This document shows, piece by piece, positions 59,025-64,000 of a DNA stretch of 64,000 bases. A program made the position numbers and the translations under genes. Every line of letters starts with the position of its first letter. The stretch's first letter is position 1. The notes beneath the pieces were generated by a model. That model saw only the letters and a program-made list of their open reading frames with translations, was not told where the DNA came from and did not search any database. The DNA is from an uncultured Flavobacterium sp. (GTDB lineage Bacteria > Bacteroidota > Bacteroidia > Flavobacteriales > Flavobacteriaceae): the NCBI GenBank assembly GCA_964643105.1, contig CAZXPF010000007.1, forward strand, positions 6,674-70,673. The letters are read 5' to 3'.

Positions 59025-60062
59025 ATGCAAAAAATCCTTTCCCAAATAAATCAACATCGCTATTTCCTGTCTTTTATTTTACTTTTTGCTTATGTACAAA
59101 CTGTTCAAGAGCGATTTTCATATAGAAAAGTCTTTGATGCTTTAAATTTTACACCTGAAGCTGCTATTGCACAATTTTTAAGTGCTTGTATTTTATTCTT
59201 AATCATACGCTTATTGATAAAGAAATGGCAAAAATCTGACAGCTTTGAAATTAGGAAATTAACTTACATTCTCATTACTTCTGTTCTAATATATTATGGC
59301 GTTATGCTTTTTTTAGGTTTAATAACTGCCTTGATATTTAATACCTTTGAGAGAAACTTCAATACTACAACACTAATTATTAGCTCGTTTATGAATGCCT
59401 TAAATGCATTAATTTATGGCAGTTTCTATTTGACTTATTTTTATTATAGAAGAAACAAATTGCAACAAGATAAGTTGAACAAATACAATCAAGCTTTGGC
59501 TGAAAGCAAGATTATCCAACTGAAAAACCAAATTAATCCCCATTTTTTATTCAATAATTTAAATGTTTTAGACCAACTGATTGAGGAAGACAAAAATACA
59601 GCTTCTGATTTTTTGAATAATTTTGCCGAATTATATCGAGTAGTTTTAGAAGTTTCCGACAAAAAATTAATCCCTTTGAAAGAAGAAATTGCTTTTGCAA
59701 AAAAGTACTTTTATTTGATGCAACAAAAGTATGGAAATGCCTATAAGCTGGTCTTTAATATCCAAAAAGAAGAAGGTTTTATTGTTCCAATGACACTTCA
59801 ATTATTAATTGAAAATGCCATTAAACACAACATAGGCTCCTCACAAAATCCTGTAGTGATTGAAGTTGATTGTAAGAATAAAATTAAAATTTCAAATACA
59901 TTAAAACCAAAACAAAAAATAGATTTAAAATCTGGAAAGGCATTGAAAAACTTAAAAACGCAATACATGTTATTAAGCAATCAAAAGATAAATATCCTAA
60001 AAGATGAAAATACTTTCACAGTAACAATACCTGAATTAAATGATCAAAGTACTAATCATTGA
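59025..60062 (+). CDS. LytS/YehU-type sensor histidine kinase
   Basis: 345 aa. About 4 TM helices, then the His_kinase motif NPHFLFNNLN and N-box LLIENAIKHN. Confidence 0.8.
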   Translation: MQKILSQINQHRYFLSFILLFAYVQTVQERFSYRKVFDALNFTPEAAIAQFLSACILFLIIRLLIKKWQKSDSFEIRKLTYILITSVLIYYGVMLFLGLITALIFNTFERNFNTTTLIISSFMNALNALIYGSFYLTYFYYRRNKLQQDKLNKYNQALAESKIIQLKNQINPHFLFNNLNVLDQLIEEDKNTASDFLNNFAELYRVVLEVSDKKLIPLKEEIAFAKKYFYLMQQKYGNAYKLVFNIQKEEGFIVPMTLQLLIENAIKHNIGSSQNPVVIEVDCKNKIKISNTLKPKQKIDLKSGKALKNLKTQYMLLSNQKINILKDENTFTVTIPELNDQSTNH

Positions 60063-60801
60063 GGATGAAATTCCTGCTCAAAAAAAAATAATGCGCTTCC
60101 TAAACGAGGTGAATGAACCTGTCACAATAGTCGATCAAATTGACACCATTGAAAACGCAATTATTTTCTTAAACAACAATGAAGTTGACGTTATTTTTTC
60201 CGACATTGAACTTTTAGACGGAAAAGCTTTTGAAATTTATCAACAGGTACAAATCAACTGTCCCATCATTTTCACTACTGCTTATGATCAATTTTGGATG
60301 AATGCTTTTGAAACTAATGGTATTGAGTATTTGTTAAAGCCTTTTTCCTTTGAACGCTTTCAAAAAGCATGGAATAAATTTTTAAATTTCCAAAAAACCT
60401 CTAATAATGATTTGGTAGTAAAATTATCGCATTTACTAAAAACATCAGATGTGTCCTATGGTTACAAAAAGAGGTTTACTATAAATACTTCTAATGGGTT
60501 TTATTTTATTGATACCACAAGCATAAATTTATTTTCAGCTGAAGAAGGTGTAATTTTTGCTCATGATACAACAGGAAAAAAGCATCTATTGACTGAAAAC
60601 ACGTTGAAAATCATTGAAAATCAACTTAATCCAAATGATTTTTTTAAAATCAATCGCGGAGAAATAGTTGCAAAACAGTTTGTAGAGAAAGTAGAACGGT
60701 ATTCTAAAAATTCACTGGCTGTAAAAATTAAAGGATTGAACAAATATTTGGTTGTAAGTCAGAGTCAGACTCCTACTTTTAGAGTATGGTTAGAGAAATA
60801 G
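60040..60801 (+). CDS. LytTR-family response regulator
   Basis: 253 aa. Receiver domain (VLIIEDE, FSDIELLDG, ...LLKP) plus a C-terminal LytTR DNA-binding domain. It overlaps the kinase gene by 23 nt. Confidence 0.85.
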   Translation: MIKVLIIEDEIPAQKKIMRFLNEVNEPVTIVDQIDTIENAIIFLNNNEVDVIFSDIELLDGKAFEIYQQVQINCPIIFTTAYDQFWMNAFETNGIEYLLKPFSFERFQKAWNKFLNFQKTSNNDLVVKLSHLLKTSDVSYGYKKRFTINTSNGFYFIDTTSINLFSAEEGVIFAHDTTGKKHLLTENTLKIIENQLNPNDFFKINRGEIVAKQFVEKVERYSKNSLAVKIKGLNKYLVVSQSQTPTFRVWLEK

Positions 60802-61051
60802 CTTTAAAATAATCCTATCTAAACCTATCTTTTCCATTCTTCCCAGTAAATAGTTTTTGCTTTTGATTTTAGTATGTCTTCTCTGTACATTCTTAATATT
60901 CAACTTCTACTAAATTATTTATCTGAAGCTTCAATTTGTAACAACTAAAAACTTCTTTTCTGGCATAAAAGCTAGTATTGGTAATCAAAAGCTTGTTTGT
61001 TTGATGTAACAAATCAATACTCCTTTCGTCAAATGTTGCAAAATTAATCTT

Positions 61052-62014
61052 ATGCTACGCTTTATATTTCTTACAATCTTATCTTGTTGTTACACCATTT
61101 CTTTTGCACAAACTAACGCCGTAGAAAAAGATAGCCTTATCATCATTAAACAAAATCCTGAAAAAGGTTTTTTTAACGATTATATTTTGTTTATTCCAAA
61201 GGGAACTCCAATAAATAAAAAAATATATTTACTTGTAGAAACGAATAACACGGGTAAAACATCTGATAGCATAGCTGTTCACAAAAAATATGCTATTGAT
61301 TTAGCTTCCAAAAGTTCAGTTGGCAATAACATTGCCACCATGTTAAAAATTCCCCTACTTGTTCCTATATTTCCAAGACCTGCGAGCCAAGAACTTATAT
61401 ATACTCATGCATTAGATAGAGAGGTAATGCTCGAAAAAACAGGCAAGCTTAAACGACTTGATTTACAAGTACTAGAGATGGTTAACGACGCCAAAAATAC
61501 ATTAACTTCATTAAACATTGATATTGAAACAAAAATTCTGATGAGTGGTTTTTCTGCTTCTGCTACATTTGCAAATCGTTTCTCATTCCTACATCCAGAA
61601 AAAATAAAGGCTCTCGCTATCGGTGGTTTTAATGGAAAACTTATGCTTCCGCAAAAAGAAATAAATAACATTAAACTAAACTATCCAATTGGAATCAATG
61701 ACTACGCTATATTATTCCATAAGAATTTTGATCTCAATGCTTATAAATCTATTTCCCAATTCATCTATATGGGCAATTTAGATGATAATGATGCCGTTCA
61801 ATATGATGATGCTTACAGCAAAAATGAACGCAATATAATTAATAATAATATTGGGAGATTGGTGCAAGAAAGATACCTTAATTGTCAAAAAATTTATCTA
61901 GAAAACGGTATTAATCCCATTTTTAAAACCTATGAAAATATTGGTCATTGGACAACAGCTGACATGAATTTAGAAATCATAAAGTTTTTTTTCAATCAAA
62001 TCCAAGAAAAATAA
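61052..62014 (+). CDS. Secreted hypothetical protein, possible alpha/beta-hydrolase
   Basis: 320 aa with a signal peptide. Candidate nucleophile elbow GFSAS, and later acidic and IGHW segments that could complete a Ser-Asp-His triad. Tentative. Confidence 0.4.
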   Translation: MLRFIFLTILSCCYTISFAQTNAVEKDSLIIIKQNPEKGFFNDYILFIPKGTPINKKIYLLVETNNTGKTSDSIAVHKKYAIDLASKSSVGNNIATMLKIPLLVPIFPRPASQELIYTHALDREVMLEKTGKLKRLDLQVLEMVNDAKNTLTSLNIDIETKILMSGFSASATFANRFSFLHPEKIKALAIGGFNGKLMLPQKEINNIKLNYPIGINDYAILFHKNFDLNAYKSISQFIYMGNLDDNDAVQYDDAYSKNERNIINNNIGRLVQERYLNCQKIYLENGINPIFKTYENIGHWTTADMNLEIIKFFFNQIQEK

Positions 62015-62085
62015 GAAAACTGCAAAAAAATTATTAGCTTTAGTGAGGCTTAGTTGAATTAAGTCAATGGTTAAATAAATTAAAA

Positions 62086-62994
62086 ATGAGATTATCTATT
62101 GTATTGACTGCCTTCATTACAAATTTGATGCTTGCCCAAGAAGTGGAACTGGTTAGCAATGCTTTAAATACTTTTCAAAATGTTAGAGACTTTTGTATTT
62201 CTAGTACGCAAGACGAAGTTTATTTTACCATTCAAAGTCCTAATCAAGAACTTTCTCAAATCGTATGCGTAAAAAACAACCATTGGGAAAAGCCTGAATT
62301 AGTTTCATTTTGCGACGCATATTCTTATCTTGAGCCATTTCTGTCACATGATGGTAAAAAGCTTTATTTTGCTTCCAACAGGCCTAAAAACGATTCCTTA
62401 AAAACAGAAAGTGACTATGATATTTGGTTGGTAGAAAGAGATAATCCTCATGCCAAATGGTCAAATCCCATTAACTTAGGGTCAAATGTAAACTCTGAAA
62501 ACGATGAGTTTTATCCAACACTTTCAGCAAATAACAATCTCTATTTTACCATGGATGCAAAGTCTGGTTTAGGAAAAGATGACATTTATTATTGTACGTT
62601 TGATGGTAAAGAATACAGCAAACCAATCATGTTAAACTCAAATATAAATTCAGAAGGTTATGAGTTTAATGCCTTCATATCAAAAGATGAATCCTTTTTA
62701 ATTTACACAAAATATAATTCTAAAGATGGATTGGGCAGTGGTGATTTATATCTATCCCAAAAAGATGATAAAGGTGTGTGGATGATTGGTGAAAATTTGG
62801 GAAATCGAATTAACACAAAATACATGGAGTATTGTCCTTTTTATGACAATATTAGTCAAACCTTATATTTTACCAGTAAACGTTCTACTCTCAATTCAAA
62901 AAAATTCAAACATTTAGAAGAATATAAAAACTACATAACCAATGGTGAAAATGGGTTGAGTAGAATTTACAAGTACAAATTAGAAATCAAGTAG
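62086..62994 (+). CDS. Secreted PD40/TolB-like beta-propeller repeat protein
   Basis: 302 aa. Repeated units such as ...EPFLSHDGKKLYFASNRP..., ...EFYPTLSANNNLYF..., ...EYCPFYDNISQTLYFTSKR. Confidence 0.7.
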   Translation: MRLSIVLTAFITNLMLAQEVELVSNALNTFQNVRDFCISSTQDEVYFTIQSPNQELSQIVCVKNNHWEKPELVSFCDAYSYLEPFLSHDGKKLYFASNRPKNDSLKTESDYDIWLVERDNPHAKWSNPINLGSNVNSENDEFYPTLSANNNLYFTMDAKSGLGKDDIYYCTFDGKEYSKPIMLNSNINSEGYEFNAFISKDESFLIYTKYNSKDGLGSGDLYLSQKDDKGVWMIGENLGNRINTKYMEYCPFYDNISQTLYFTSKRSTLNSKKFKHLEEYKNYITNGENGLSRIYKYKLEIK

Positions 62995-63015
62995 CATACA
63001 GTAAAAAAAGAGAGG

Positions 63016-63510
63016 TTATCTTATTTTCTTCTCCATCACAAAATCTTCCATTAGATACCCATTTCCTATGGCTATATCTTCTTCAAAAGCAATTTCAAAA
63101 CCCAGTTTTTTATAAAAATACTGTGCTTTATTGAAGCGATTCACATTCAAAAAAAGCATGTCATTATTGGCTTGTTTAGCTCTTTCTTCTATTTCATTTA
63201 TCAACTGAACACCAATCCCCTTTCCTTGTGTTTCTGGCAAAACATATATTTTATGAATCTTAGTTTTGTGATTTTCAATATTCGATTCGTAAGAAGCAAA
63301 TCCGACAAATTTTTCATTTTCTTCCGCCAACAAAAAGACATGATTTCGTTTTTCTAATTGCTCTGTTAAGGCTTCCAAATTATAGAATTTTGTTAACATA
63401 TAAGTCAATTGCTCTTGGGATAAAATTTCACCATAAGCAACTGGCCAAATCGCATAAGCTAATTCAGCAATTATAGGTAATTGAGAGGTATTGGCTTCAA
63501 TTATTTTCAT
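63016..63510 (-). CDS. GNAT-family N-acetyltransferase
   Basis: 164 aa with the acetyl-CoA motif ...VLPETQGKGIGVQLI... Confidence 0.85.
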   Translation of the reverse strand: MKIIEANTSQLPIIAELAYAIWPVAYGEILSQEQLTYMLTKFYNLEALTEQLEKRNHVFLLAEENEKFVGFASYESNIENHKTKIHKIYVLPETQGKGIGVQLINEIEERAKQANNDMLFLNVNRFNKAQYFYKKLGFEIAFEEDIAIGNGYLMEDFVMEKKIR

Positions 63511-63526
63511 GTTATTTTAGAAAAAA

Positions 63527-63558
63527 ACGCATTCACATTGTATTTAATGTGAATGCGT
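63527..63558 (-). terminator. Intrinsic terminator after folD
   Basis: 13-bp stem acgcattcacatt (63527-63539) / aatgtgaatgcgt (63546-63558), U-run on the minus-sense transcript. Confidence 0.7.
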
Positions 63559-63585
63559 GTGGGTAACTATACTTTTTTACAAGAA

Positions 63586-64000
63586 TTATGCATTTCTCAT
63601 TCGCTTCTGTTCTCTGGCTAAAAGTGTATTTTTTAGCAACATGGCGATGGTCATTGGTCCTACTCCACCTGGAACTGGTGTGATGTGAGAAGCTTTTTTG
63701 GAAACATTTTCAAAATCAACATCACCAGTAATTCGGTAGCCTTTTTCAGTCGTTTCATCAGCAACACGTGTGATTCCAACATCAATAATAACAACATCAT
63801 CTTTAACCATTTCGGCTTTCAAATAATTAGGAACTCCTAATGCTGTAATGATAATATCAGCTTGACTTGTGATTTGGTTGATGTTTTTGGTATGACTGTG
63901 TGTTAAAGTAACGGTTGAATTTCCAGGGAAACCTTTTCTTCCCATCAAAATACTCATAGGACGACCAACAATGTGACTTCGACCAATTACTACTGTGTGT
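63586..64000 (-). CDS. folD: Methylenetetrahydrofolate dehydrogenase/cyclohydrolase FolD (C-terminal part; 5' end lies beyond the window)
   Basis: The frame stays open to the window edge (...HTVVIGRSHIVGRPMSILM...). C-terminal PVPGGVGPMTIAMLL motif. Confidence 0.9.
   Translation of the reverse strand, partial: HTVVIGRSHIVGRPMSILMGRKGFPGNSTVTLTHSHTKNINQITSQADIIITALGVPNYLKAEMVKDDVVIIDVGITRVADETTEKGYRITGDVDFENVSKKASHITPVPGGVGPMTIAMLLKNTLLAREQKRMRNA

Overview
AT-rich chromosomal segment that looks like Bacteroidota, class Flavobacteriia. The lineage call rests on a fused SecDF, a GldH-like lipoprotein, a type-B T9SS C-terminal sorting domain, many secreted beta-barrel and TPR proteins, and TAnnTTTG-type -7 boxes. 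About 55 protein genes are densely packed. I found no rRNA, tRNA or CRISPR array. Most of the window is core housekeeping: secDF, mdh, gyrB, asnB, ftsE, rel/spoT, fur, purA, aroE, mazG and folD (cut by the window end). Three blocks stand out. (1) 16.8-26.4 kb is a strand-mosaic Wzx-type surface-polysaccharide locus with a dTDP-3-amino-3,6-dideoxyhexose signature (FdtA-like isomerase, DegT aminotransferase, acyltransferase, flippase, four glycosyltransferases, a polytopic Wzy/GT-C candidate). A T9SS type-B cargo gene follows it. (2) 28.3-35.3 kb is a seven-gene membrane-associated RDD / SpoIIM-like / DUF4129 / DUF4350 / MoxR AAA+ / DUF58 cluster of unknown function, followed by two secreted amidohydrolase-family proteins with partly degenerate metal motifs. 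(3) 39,647-42,418 is the only clearly accessory DNA and the best candidate for something new. It is an intact 2,772-bp IS1595-family transposon with 32-bp imperfect terminal inverted repeats (27/32) and a perfect 8-bp target duplication (TAAATAAT), inserted exactly at the stop codon of the second amidohydrolase. Besides the DDE transposase it carries a translationally coupled P63C-domain gene, a 151-nt G+C-enriched imperfect palindrome with two mutually exclusive folds (candidate structured RNA or DNA element), and an orphan small secreted protein. All calls come from reading the sequence and ORF translations by eye; no database search was run.
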